The notes under the pieces are model-generated. The model was not told the origin of the DNA. It ran no database searches and worked only from the letters and a program-made list of their open reading frames with translations. This document shows positions 38,264 through 47,189 of a stretch of DNA of 64,000 nt, one piece after another. Source of the DNA: Alphaproteobacteria bacterium (lineage in GTDB: Bacteria; Pseudomonadota; Alphaproteobacteria; MPNO01); contig CBDFLJ010000002.1 in the NCBI GenBank assembly GCA_965248835.1, positions 1,632,001-1,696,000 on the forward strand. The letters are read 5' to 3'. Both the position numbers and the translations under genes were made by a program. Each line of letters begins with the position of its first letter. Positions within the stretch are counted from its first letter, which is position 1.

Positions 38264-40021
38264 TCAGTCGTCGCCCTCCAGGCGCTTGAGCCAGATCGAC
38301 ACCACCGCCGGCTTGCCGCCCCGGACATGCTCCAGGCCGCGGGCGAGCGCACCCTCCAGCTCGGCCGGATCGCGCACGGTCTCGCCGTGGGCTCCGGCGG
38401 CCTCGGCCTCCTTGGCGAAGTCGATCGGCGGGTCGAAATAGCCGCCCTGGAATCCGGCCTTCGCGGCATAGCTGTCCGCACCGTAGTTGGCCGCGATGCG
38501 CTCCGTCCCGGTGGTGTAGCTGCGGTTGGTGTAGACGATCTGCAGGAACGGGGCATCGTGATGGGCGGCGGCCCACAACGCCGGGGCCGGCGTCCCGAAC
38601 ATGTAGAACCCGTCGCCGCTGACCGCGACGATGTCACGTTCGGGCGCTGCGAGCTTCGCGCCCAGCGCGGCACCGGTCGCCCAACCGCCGCTGGAGCCCG
38701 GGTTCGCGAAATAGGAGCCGGGAGCGCTGCGGTCGAAATAGTCTCGCGTCCGGTTGGTCGGAAGGGTCTCGTCGAGCACGATGCAATTGTCGTCGATCAT
38801 CTGTCCGATCTGGTAGCTCGCCCAAAGCCGGTCGATGGGAACGGTGCTCGACTGTTCCATGGCCGCCTTTTCGGCCGCGGCGATCCAGGCCCGCGAGCCG
38901 GCCGCGAGCCGTTCGTTGCGCGCCGCGATCCGGACACGGTCGTCGTCGCTCAACAGCGCCTGTGCCGCAGCGGTGATCGCCCCGATCGTCTCCAGCGGGT
39001 CGGCGGCAAGCCGCAGGTCGGCGGTGAACTCGAAGGTCGGGATGCTGGCCTTGATCGAATCGCGCCCGACCGCGGCGATGTAGGCTTCGGGTCGGGGTGC
39101 GTCGCGCCCGGGCACCCAGGGCACTTCGGCCTCGATCACCAGCACGACATCGGCGTCCTTGAGGCTTGCCCGAGTCTGGAAGCTGGGATGGCGGAAGGGG
39201 AAACTCATATAGCTGCGCTGGACGGAGTCGACCACGGCCAGCCCCAGCAGCTCACACAGCGCGACCAGGGGGGAGACCGTTGCCGGATCGCGGCCGGAGG
39301 CGGAGACCACGACCACCGGATGGGCGGCATCGATCAGCCGGCGGGCGATCTCCTCGGCATCGGCGGCGGCCGGCGCGGAAGGGCGCGGAATGCCGAGCTG
39401 GTCGGCGCTGGGGAAGCGCGCCCCATCCACGGGCAGCAGCGTCAGCTCCTTGGGGAAGCTCAGATAGACCGGCCCGCAGGGCTCGCTCCTGGTGACCTGG
39501 ATCGCACGGCTGACGATCATCCCGGGGTTGTCCTGATAGGTCAGGCGGTGATCCCATTTCACGTAGTTGCGCACGATGCCGTTCTGGTCGAACGTCTCCT
39601 GCATCCACAGATGGCCGCCCTCGTCGCGGCCGCCCTTCATCGTCCCGGCATAGGCGGTCGGCGGGAATCCTGCTGTGATCACCACCGGAAGCCCGCTGCG
39701 GGCCGCGGTGTGCACCGCGCCGCCATAGTGCATCGTGCCGCAATCGACATGGGCCGCGGTGACGGCGGGCCGGCCGCTGACCGCAGCGAAGCCGAGCGCG
39801 GCGTTGAGGCTCGCATGCTCGTGCGGCACGGTGATCAGACGGATCGGGTTGTTGTGCCCCCGGGCGCGGGCCTTGGCGGTCGCCTCCTGGAAAAAGCCGA
39901 TCTCCGATCCCGAGGTGAAGAACAGGTGGTCTATCCCGCCCGCGGCGAACCCCGCGACCAGCGCATCGCCCACATCCTCGGCCTGAGCCTCGACCCAGCC
40001 CGTCGCTGCCGTCCCGTCCAT
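38264..40021 (-). CDS. Thiamine-diphosphate-dependent enzyme (acetolactate synthase/benzoylformate decarboxylase superfamily)
   Basis: PHE catalytic Glu motif, GPVYL and the GDG-(x)n-N ThDP motif (SGDGFYMF...VYTN). Start at ATG 40021 after GGAGAGG. Confidence 0.88.
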   Translation of the reverse strand: MDGTAATGWVEAQAEDVGDALVAGFAAGGIDHLFFTSGSEIGFFQEATAKARARGHNNPIRLITVPHEHASLNAALGFAAVSGRPAVTAAHVDCGTMHYGGAVHTAARSGLPVVITAGFPPTAYAGTMKGGRDEGGHLWMQETFDQNGIVRNYVKWDHRLTYQDNPGMIVSRAIQVTRSEPCGPVYLSFPKELTLLPVDGARFPSADQLGIPRPSAPAAADAEEIARRLIDAAHPVVVVSASGRDPATVSPLVALCELLGLAVVDSVQRSYMSFPFRHPSFQTRASLKDADVVLVIEAEVPWVPGRDAPRPEAYIAAVGRDSIKASIPTFEFTADLRLAADPLETIGAITAAAQALLSDDDRVRIAARNERLAAGSRAWIAAAEKAAMEQSSTVPIDRLWASYQIGQMIDDNCIVLDETLPTNRTRDYFDRSAPGSYFANPGSSGGWATGAALGAKLAAPERDIVAVSGDGFYMFGTPAPALWAAAHHDAPFLQIVYTNRSYTTGTERIAANYGADSYAAKAGFQGGYFDPPIDFAKEAEAAGAHGETVRDPAELEGALARGLEHVRGGKPAVVSIWLKRLEGDD

Positions 40022-40098
40022 CTGCCCTCTCCCATGCGAAATCGTTCGATCCATCTTGACGCAAACACCCCGCGCGGCAAAGGCGGGCGAATCGGGCG

Positions 40099-41562
40099 TC
40101 AAAAGATCCGGAAATACTCGCGCTGCTCCCAGTCGGTGACGTCCGACAGGTAACGGGCGATCTCGGCCTGCTTGATCATGCAGATATAGTCGATGAACGC
40201 CGCGCCGAGGCGTTCGGCGAACATCTCGTCTGCGCGGAGCGCGGCGATCGCCTCGATCAGGCTTGCCGGCATCGGCGGCGCGTCGGTGTCGTAAGGGGCC
40301 TCGGTCGGCGGCGGCGGCTCCAGCGCGCGGTCGAGGCCGTCGAGGCCCGAAAAAATCTGGCTGGCGATATAGAGATAGGGGTTCGCGGCGGGCTCGCCGG
40401 CGCGGTTTTCTATGCGCGAGGCGGGCTCGTCCGGGCCGGAGATGATCCGCAGCAGCGCACCGCGGTTGTCGCGCGCCCAGGCGGCCCGGTCGGGCGCCAG
40501 CGAGAACGGCTTGAAGCGCTTGTAGCCGTTGATGGTGGGCGTGGTGAAGACCGATGCGGCGCGGGCGTGCGCGAGCAGCCCCGCCGCGAACTGCCGCCCG
40601 GTCGCCGACAGCAGCGCGCCGTCATCGTCCGCACGCGGCATGAAGGCGTTCTGACCGCTCACCCGTTCCAGGAGCGATTGATGCAGGTGCCAGCCGCTGG
40701 AAAAGACGTTCTTGATCGCCGGGCGGCACATGAACGTCGCGTGATAGCCGTGGCGGGCGCATATCTGCTTGGTGGCGTTCCTGAACAGTATCATCGTGTC
40801 GGCCGCATCGATTGCGCCGCACGGCTGCAGGGTGATCTCGACCTGGCTCGGCCCGAACTCGACCTCGAGCGAGCGCAGCGCGATGCCGAGCGCCACGAGC
40901 TCGCGCCGCAGAATGGACAGGATCGGGTCGAGCTCGTCGAGACGGATCTCGGTCAGGTACTGATAGCCGTGGGTCAACAGCCCGACCTCGGGCGGGGCGG
41001 CGGGCTGGCCGGCATCCTCGGCCGCCATTCGGGCGTCCAGGAGCCTGAAGATATGGAACTCGACCTCGATGCCGGCGACATAGTCGAACCCGCGCGCCTG
41101 GAGCGCGCCCACCGCGGCGCGGCAGACGTCACGGGTCGCGTACGGCACCGCCCGACCATCGGGCCAGCGGATGTCGCACAGCACCCAACCGGTCCCCGGC
41201 GCCCAGGGCAGAATGCGAAACGTCCGGGGATCGGCGACCATCAGAAAATCCGCGGCGCCGGTGAGATCGCCCCGCCCGATCGACAGGTCCTTCGAGAAGA
41301 CCGGCGGCACGGTCTTGTGGGCGGTGTCCTTGACCAGCAGCGTCGAGGTCATCGAGACGCCGTTCCGCAGCGCCGCCTCGGCCTCGGCCGCCATGATCGA
41401 TTTGCCGCGCAGAATGCCGTGCTGGTCCGGGAAAGAGAAGCGGACGACTTCCAGCCCGTGCTCGGCGATCTGGCGGCCGATCTCGGCCGCCGCCGCCGCC
41501 TGGTCGTCGTCCCACAGCCCGTGCCGGTCGACGAAGCTGGTCCGCCCGGTCGTTCCGCTCAC
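40099..41562 (-). CDS. Glutamine-synthetase-like gamma-glutamyl ligase (TdnQ/AtdA1-like)
   Basis: FVDRHGLW N-terminus, DQHGILRGK, GIEVEF, EFGPSQVE, ATFMCRP, SGWHLHQS, NGYKR, DNRG and RIENR.GEPAANPY motifs. GTGA overlap with the upstream Rieske gene. Confidence 0.9.
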   Translation of the reverse strand: MSGTTGRTSFVDRHGLWDDDQAAAAAEIGRQIAEHGLEVVRFSFPDQHGILRGKSIMAAEAEAALRNGVSMTSTLLVKDTAHKTVPPVFSKDLSIGRGDLTGAADFLMVADPRTFRILPWAPGTGWVLCDIRWPDGRAVPYATRDVCRAAVGALQARGFDYVAGIEVEFHIFRLLDARMAAEDAGQPAAPPEVGLLTHGYQYLTEIRLDELDPILSILRRELVALGIALRSLEVEFGPSQVEITLQPCGAIDAADTMILFRNATKQICARHGYHATFMCRPAIKNVFSSGWHLHQSLLERVSGQNAFMPRADDDGALLSATGRQFAAGLLAHARAASVFTTPTINGYKRFKPFSLAPDRAAWARDNRGALLRIISGPDEPASRIENRAGEPAANPYLYIASQIFSGLDGLDRALEPPPPTEAPYDTDAPPMPASLIEAIAALRADEMFAERLGAAFIDYICMIKQAEIARYLSDVTDWEQREYFRIF

Positions 41563-42860
41563 GAGCCTGCCCAGGCCGAGCCGGCGCGGCGGGTGGACTC
41601 GACCGCGCGCCACGCCTCTTCCCAGGTCCGGCGCGGCGCCACCGTGTCGACCGCAAGCGGCATCTCGCCCGGTGTGCCGTTGGCCGCCTTGGGTGCCGGA
41701 TCGCCCCGGCCGACGGCCTCGATCGCGCGCAGCAGGAACCGTCGGTAGGTGGCGATCGCGATATCGGAAACACCGAGGTTCTCGCTCGACCGGTCGTGAA
41801 TTTCCCCTTGGGACTCGACGGCCCATTGGTCGTGGACGTTGATATCCGCTCCCATGCCGGTAAAGGTCCGCCGCGCCTGCTCGTCCGGGTCGAAGCCGTA
41901 GTCGGTGGTCTTGTTGATCCTGGGCTTGTAGTCGGGCAGCGAATAGAGCTTGAGCCTTTGCGCGCGCATCTCGTCCTTGTCGAGCGGCGCCGCGTAGCTG
42001 GTGAACATCGCATACCACCAGCAATGGGTGTCATCGATCGGCACGTGCCACTGGCTGATGATCATGTCGTTGCCGAGCGGGATAACGATCGCGTTGGGAA
42101 ACAGCAGGTTGGTGACCCGGACGTGACGCGTCGCCTCGTCGAGGTCGCGCAACGCCAGCAGCCGCATCCCGTAGCCGGTATCCTCGAGCTTGATCTCCGG
42201 TACGGGGAACTCGCGCATGATCCAGGTCAGTGGGACATCGGCGCCGTCGACCAGGTCGCGGAACTGCAGGCCGTAGCCCTCGTCGGGGTCTTCGTCACCG
42301 AAGAACCGGTGCAGGTAGGAGCCATGCACCGGATCGATCCCGACCTCCAGCGCCTGCAGCCAGTTGCACTCGAGGAAGCCCTTGAAGGCGAAGCTATAGG
42401 GTTCCGGGGCCGCAAAGCAGTCCGCATCGGGCAGCGGCGGCGGCGCGCCAGGGCCGAGATAGGCGAACACCACGCCGTTCTTCTCGCGGCACGGATAGCC
42501 CGGCATGCGGATCCTGGTGTGGAAGTCGCTGCCCGCCGGCTCGGCCGGCTGTTCCAGGCAATTGCCCTTGCCGTCGAACAGCCAGCCGTGGAAGGCGCAT
42601 CTGATGCCGCCGTCCTCCAGCCGGCCAAAGCGCAAATCGGCGCCGCGATGGGGACAGCGCGCGCCGGTCAGCCGGTACTCGCCGTCTTCGGCGCGGAAGG
42701 CGACCAGGCCCTCGCCCATCAGCCGGACCGGGACCAACGGGCGGTCGGCCGAAAACTCCTCGACCAGCGCCGCGGGCTGCCAGTAGCGGCGCATCAGCGC
42801 GCCGGCCGGCGCGCCGGCGCCGGTCAGGGTGACGAGCCTGTTCTGTTCGGCACTCAGCAT
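41559..42860 (-). CDS. Rieske oxygenase, phthalate 4,5-dioxygenase family
   Basis: MLSAEQN..VT..G...PAG.LMRRYWQP, CPHRG...CAFHGW, NWLQALEVGIDPVH.SYLH and HDQWAVESQG motifs. Confidence 0.92.
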   Translation of the reverse strand: MLSAEQNRLVTLTGAGAPAGALMRRYWQPAALVEEFSADRPLVPVRLMGEGLVAFRAEDGEYRLTGARCPHRGADLRFGRLEDGGIRCAFHGWLFDGKGNCLEQPAEPAGSDFHTRIRMPGYPCREKNGVVFAYLGPGAPPPLPDADCFAAPEPYSFAFKGFLECNWLQALEVGIDPVHGSYLHRFFGDEDPDEGYGLQFRDLVDGADVPLTWIMREFPVPEIKLEDTGYGMRLLALRDLDEATRHVRVTNLLFPNAIVIPLGNDMIISQWHVPIDDTHCWWYAMFTSYAAPLDKDEMRAQRLKLYSLPDYKPRINKTTDYGFDPDEQARRTFTGMGADINVHDQWAVESQGEIHDRSSENLGVSDIAIATYRRFLLRAIEAVGRGDPAPKAANGTPGEMPLAVDTVAPRRTWEEAWRAVESTRRAGSAWAGS

Positions 42861-42973
42861 CGCGCATTCTTAGCACGTCACGCCGCCGCGGTCAGGATCA
42901 AGCACGTCTTCTCTCGCCCGGCCTGCCGCGCTATACCCGGCGCAACGAGCACCGAACACAAGGAGCAGGCCGC

Positions 42974-43972
42974 ATGCGCGCCGTCGTCATCAACGAGATC
43001 GGGAACCGGGAAAGCGTCCGCATCCAGGACGTCGCCGACCCGGCGCCGGGCGCCGGGGAAGTCGTGGTCGATGCCAAGGCGTGCGGCATCAACTTCACCG
43101 ATCTGCTCTCGCTCGACGGCAAGTACCAGAACAACCCGCCGCCGCCGTTCACCCCGGGCAAGGACGTTGCCGGCGTGGTCTCGGCGCTCGGCGCGGACGT
43201 GAAAGGCCTCGCGGTGGGCGACCGCGTGATCGCCCATGTCATCCACGGCGGCCTCGCCGAGAAGGTCGGCTGCCCGGAGGCGCTGTGCTTCCCGCTGCCC
43301 GACGGTGTCGCGTTCGACGCGGCGGCCGCGATGGGGCTCGCCTACCAGACCGCCTATTTCGCGCTCACCGTCCGCGGCGCCCTGCAGCCGGGCGAGATCG
43401 TGCTGGTCAACGGCGCCTCGGGCGGGGTCGGGCTCGCGGCGATCAACCTGGCCAAGCCGCTCGGCGCCGGCATGGTGCTGGCGGGGCTGACGACGCCGTC
43501 GAAGGCCGGTGCCGTGCTTGCCGCCGGCGCCGATGCGGTGATCGACCTGACCAGGGACGACCTCAAGGAGTCGCTCCGCGCCCAGGTCATGGAGGCGACC
43601 GGCAAGCGCGGGGTCGACCTGGCGTTCGATCTCGTCGGCGGAGAGGTTTTCGATGCCGCGCTCAGGGCGATCGCCGATCAGGGCCGCGCCGTGGTCTCGG
43701 GCTTCACCTCGGGGACCATCCCCTCGGTCAGGACCAACTACTTGCTGCTCAAGAACATCGGCGTCCTCGGGATGACCATCAACAGCTACATCAAGCAACG
43801 TTCGCCGAAGCTGCGCGAGGCGCAGGCCGCGCTGTTCGACCTGCTGGCCGCCGGCAAGATCGACCCCAACATCATGAACCGGTACCCCTTCGAGCGGTTC
43901 ATGGACGCGATCATGATGATCGAGGACCGCAAGATCGTCGGCAAATCCGTCCTCCTCCTGGATGCAGGCTAG
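42974..43972 (+). CDS. NADPH:quinone oxidoreductase family protein (MDR)
   Basis: INFTD...GKYQ...PFTPG, NGASGGVG, DLVGG and LLLKN motifs. AAGGAG RBS. Confidence 0.9.
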   Translation: MRAVVINEIGNRESVRIQDVADPAPGAGEVVVDAKACGINFTDLLSLDGKYQNNPPPPFTPGKDVAGVVSALGADVKGLAVGDRVIAHVIHGGLAEKVGCPEALCFPLPDGVAFDAAAAMGLAYQTAYFALTVRGALQPGEIVLVNGASGGVGLAAINLAKPLGAGMVLAGLTTPSKAGAVLAAGADAVIDLTRDDLKESLRAQVMEATGKRGVDLAFDLVGGEVFDAALRAIADQGRAVVSGFTSGTIPSVRTNYLLLKNIGVLGMTINSYIKQRSPKLREAQAALFDLLAAGKIDPNIMNRYPFERFMDAIMMIEDRKIVGKSVLLLDAG

Positions 43973-43982
43973 GGAGAGCATA

Positions 43983-44528
43983 ATGACCCGGATCACCATC
44001 CTCGAGCGCGAGGACATGAGCGCCGAGCAGGGCAAGGTCTTCGACGACATCAAGGAGTCGGGCAACCCGACGGGCGGGCCGTTCTGGGCCTATATCCGCC
44101 ATCCCGCGTTGATGCGGCTGGCCTCGGACCTGGGCGGGTACTTACGGGATTCCGAACTCAGCGCGCGGGAGCGCCAGATCGCGGTGCTCACGGTCGTTCG
44201 CTTCTGGGACGCCAACTATCCCTGGGCCGTCCAGGTGAGAAATTCTCTGGCCGCGGGCCTCGACCAGGAAATCGTCGATGCGATCAACGCACGAAAGGAC
44301 CCGCCGATCACCGATCCGCGCGAACGGTCGGCCTGGCAGGTGGCGACCGAACTGGTCTCGACCCACCGGCTGAGCGATCAGACATACGCCGCGGCCGAAG
44401 CTGCCTTGGGCGTCGACCAGCTCGTCAACCTAGTCGCCGCAGTCGGCCACTTCTCGATGGTTTGCTGCACCGCCAACGCCTTCGACATCACCCCGCCCGA
44501 CAGCGCGCCCGCGCGGCTGGCGGAGTAG
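43983..44528 (+). CDS. Carboxymuconolactone decarboxylase (CMD/AhpD-like) family protein
   Basis: GGPF.AY..HP, LSARERQIAVL and LV..VGH motifs. GGGAGAG RBS. Confidence 0.75.
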   Translation: MTRITILEREDMSAEQGKVFDDIKESGNPTGGPFWAYIRHPALMRLASDLGGYLRDSELSARERQIAVLTVVRFWDANYPWAVQVRNSLAAGLDQEIVDAINARKDPPITDPRERSAWQVATELVSTHRLSDQTYAAAEAALGVDQLVNLVAAVGHFSMVCCTANAFDITPPDSAPARLAE

Positions 44529-44632
44529 GCCGGGAGACCCTTCAGCCGTTCCGGTCGGACGTCACGCAATGCGCCTCGGCGAAGTCTCCGGACCGGTCGC
44601 GGTAACGAACCGTTGCCTTCCGGAGGGCAAAG

Positions 44633-44707
44633 TGGTGCCGCAGGAGTGGATTGAACACTCGACCTCGCCCTTACCAAGGGCGCGCTCTACCACTGAGCTA
44701 CTGCGGC
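44633..44707 (-). tRNA. tRNA-Thr (GGT)
   Basis: Minus strand reads GCCGCAGTAGCTCAGTGGTAGAGCGCGCCCTTGGTAAGGGCGAGGTCGAGTGTTCAATCCACTCCTGCGGCACCA, with anticodon loop TTGGTAA. Confidence 0.95.
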
Positions 44708-44810
44708 ACGGAGTGGCGCTGAGCGGCGCGGAGAGTGCCACACGTGCGGTGTGCGGTGCAACGGTTCCGCCTTGCGCGCTTTGGCAGGCGCCGATGCGGG
44801 CGCCGGTGGT

Positions 44811-45512
44811 TCAGAACGCGCCGTAAACCGGGACGACAGCGCCGCGGGTGACCTGGTTGTCCGGCGAGGCGAGAAAAACGATGGTGCCCGCAACCGCCGC
44901 GGTCGCGGGCCAGGTCTGGTGCGCGGCATCGGGCATGGCGGCGCGGTTCGCCGGGGTATTCAGGATGGACGGTGCGACGGCGTTGACCCAGATCGCCTCG
45001 CCCGCGACCTCCTCGGCCAACGCCTGGGTGATCGCTGCGACCGCGGCCTTGGCCGCGGTATAAGCGATCATGCCCGCACCCTGGCGCGGCTCGATCCCGG
45101 GCCGGGCCGCGACGTTGACGATGCGCCCGCCCGCCCCGGTCCGGCGGATCGCACCGACCGCCGCCCGGCAGCAGAGGTAGCAGGTCCTGGCGTTCATCGC
45201 GATCTGGTCGTCGAACAGCGCGGCCGGGCTCTCCTCGATCGCGCCCATCGCGAACCCGCCGGCGAGGTGGATCGAGGCCCAGAGCGGACCGATCCCATCG
45301 AAATAGCCCGCCACCGCATCGGCGTCGGCCAGATCGATGCCGCGCGCCAGACGGACATCAGCGTGGCCGGCATGGGCGAAGGTCTCGAGCTCGGCCGCGA
45401 TCAGGTTGGGGATGTGGCAGACCGCACCGGCGCCGAGCAGCAGCCCGGTGACCGCCTCGCCCAGCGCCCCGGTTCCCCCGGTGACGACCACGTTGCGCCC
45501 GGCAAGATCCAT
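44811..45512 (-). CDS. Short-chain dehydrogenase/reductase
   Basis: VTGGTGALG, AYTAAK, VNAVAPS and FLASP motifs. Start after GGAGG. Confidence 0.9.
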   Translation of the reverse strand: MDLAGRNVVVTGGTGALGEAVTGLLLGAGAVCHIPNLIAAELETFAHAGHADVRLARGIDLADADAVAGYFDGIGPLWASIHLAGGFAMGAIEESPAALFDDQIAMNARTCYLCCRAAVGAIRRTGAGGRIVNVAARPGIEPRQGAGMIAYTAAKAAVAAITQALAEEVAGEAIWVNAVAPSILNTPANRAAMPDAAHQTWPATAAVAGTIVFLASPDNQVTRGAVVPVYGAF

Positions 45513-45535
45513 GACGTCCTCCACGACCCCGGCAA

Positions 45536-47035
45536 TCAGTCCGACAGAATCGGGCGAGCCGCCGCGCGTTGGGCGAACGGCTCTTCCTCGCGCAGGCTCA
45601 GCGCGCGCTCGACGAGGCGGTCGCAGGCGGTGCGGTCGTAACCCAGGTAGTTGGCCGCCATGTTGCGCACCGGATCGCCGGCGTAATAACGCTCGTATTG
45701 AAGCTGGCGCGCACCGAAGGCCTCGCCGCAGAGATCCCAGGCGAGCTTGGTCAGGCCGACGCGCCGGTCGGCCGAGAGGCCTTCGGCGCCCTCGTAGTAG
45801 CGCTCGATCTGTCCGCCGATCTCGGCTTCGAAGTCGGCCGTGGCGGGCATCATCAGCAGCCCGCCGGCACCGATCGTCTGGAGGATCTCGATCACCCGCG
45901 GGTAGGCGCGGGCCAGGTAGGTCCGCGCCGACAGCAGCGGCGCCAGCATCGGCCGCACGGAGCCGGCGAGCGTCGGCTCGTGGTGGATTTCGGCCCGGGT
46001 GATGCAGGCCTTGATCAGCTCCACCGCCTCGACGCATTCGCCGAGCATCTGCTGGACGTGGAGGAACCGATCGGTCTTGACCGCGCGGGCGAGCGCCATG
46101 GTCACGCCGACTGCGAGCTCGAGCTTGACCAGACCGCGGACCGAGGTCTGGTGGGCGGTGTAGGAGCGCAGGCTGGTGTCGGGAAAGATCGCATTGGCCG
46201 TCGCGACGTCGTTGCACACGAACACCCGGTCCCAGGGAACGCGGACGTGCTCGAAAATCAGCAGTGAATCGCATTCCTCGAAGTTCGCCGCCAGCGGGTG
46301 GTCGGCCGGCCGCGCCGCGCCCGTGTCGTAGGGCTCGCGGCAGACCTGGCGCAGGCCCGGCGCATCGATCGGCAGCGCGAAGATCAGCGCATGGCGCGCA
46401 TCCTCGGCCGGGATGTTGGGCAGGTTGTAGATCAGCACCTCGTCGGCCAGCGGGCCGAATGTGGCGAGCATCCGGGCGCCGTGGACGACGATCCCCTCTT
46501 CGTCCTGATCGATCAGGCCGAGATGGAGGTCCTGGCCGGCCTGGGCGGATGACGACCGCGAGCGGTCGTTCTGGGGCGAGATCAGCGCATGGGTCAGGAA
46601 CAGGTCGTCCTCACGCACCCGTTCGTAGTACCTGGCGATATTCTCGCCGAACCGTTCGCCGCCGCGCTCGAACACCGCGCGCCCCTCGGCGAAGGCGAGC
46701 AGGGTGCAGTTCATGAAATCCGGCGACCGGCCCATCATGCCGAACGTCGCTTCGGCGGCCAGGCGGTAGGCGGCATGCTTTCGTTGGAGGTCCGCGGTGT
46801 CCGCGGCCGGCATGAAGGCGGTGGCCACCGGCTCCCCGGTCGCGGGAGACCGGTAGGTCATCACATCGCGGTGCTCGGCTTGGTGCTGAAGATCGAACAG
46901 ACCGGCGAGCCGGGCCAACGGGCGTCGAAAGGCCGGATGGCCGGTAACCTCGGCGAGCCTGCGGCCGCCCGTCCAGACCTCGCGCGGGCGCGCGCTGAGC
47001 CCATCGATGAAAGCCTGACCGTCGCGGACCGCCAC
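45536..47035 (-). CDS. 4-hydroxyphenylacetate 3-hydroxylase (HpaB)-family flavin-dependent monooxygenase, oxygenase component
   Basis: GMMGRSPDFMN, THALISPQNDRS, GARMLAT, HPL...FEE.D...F..V.VPW.RVF, AWD..G..FGARQ.QYERYY.GDP motifs. GTG start estimated. Confidence 0.88.
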   Translation of the reverse strand: MAVRDGQAFIDGLSARPREVWTGGRRLAEVTGHPAFRRPLARLAGLFDLQHQAEHRDVMTYRSPATGEPVATAFMPAADTADLQRKHAAYRLAAEATFGMMGRSPDFMNCTLLAFAEGRAVFERGGERFGENIARYYERVREDDLFLTHALISPQNDRSRSSSAQAGQDLHLGLIDQDEEGIVVHGARMLATFGPLADEVLIYNLPNIPAEDARHALIFALPIDAPGLRQVCREPYDTGAARPADHPLAANFEECDSLLIFEHVRVPWDRVFVCNDVATANAIFPDTSLRSYTAHQTSVRGLVKLELAVGVTMALARAVKTDRFLHVQQMLGECVEAVELIKACITRAEIHHEPTLAGSVRPMLAPLLSARTYLARAYPRVIEILQTIGAGGLLMMPATADFEAEIGGQIERYYEGAEGLSADRRVGLTKLAWDLCGEAFGARQLQYERYYAGDPVRNMAANYLGYDRTACDRLVERALSLREEEPFAQRAAARPILSD

Positions 47036-47140
47036 GCACCGTTCTCCCGAGATCGGGCAGCCATTCAAACAGGCGGCGGGGGCAAAGTTCAACCGCGCCG
47101 CGCTGCGGCCCGATGGGTCTGGCTACAGCCGCTTGGAATC

Positions 47141-47171
47141 GGAAAGGGGCCGGAGGATCCGGCCCCTTTCC
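47141..47171 (-). terminator. Strong hairpin downstream of dctP (terminator or mRNA-stabilizing)
   Basis: Perfect 14-bp inverted repeat GGAAAGGGGCCGGA-gga-TCCGGCCCCTTTCC, 18 nt past the dctP stop. Confidence 0.6.
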
Positions 47172-47189
47172 CGGCGATACGAGCGCGGC

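Noticed and set aside
40099-41562. Calling the GS-like gene glnA
   Set aside because: It lacks the GSI ammonium-site signatures and glnB context, and its N-terminus and linkage fit gamma-glutamyl-amine ligases.
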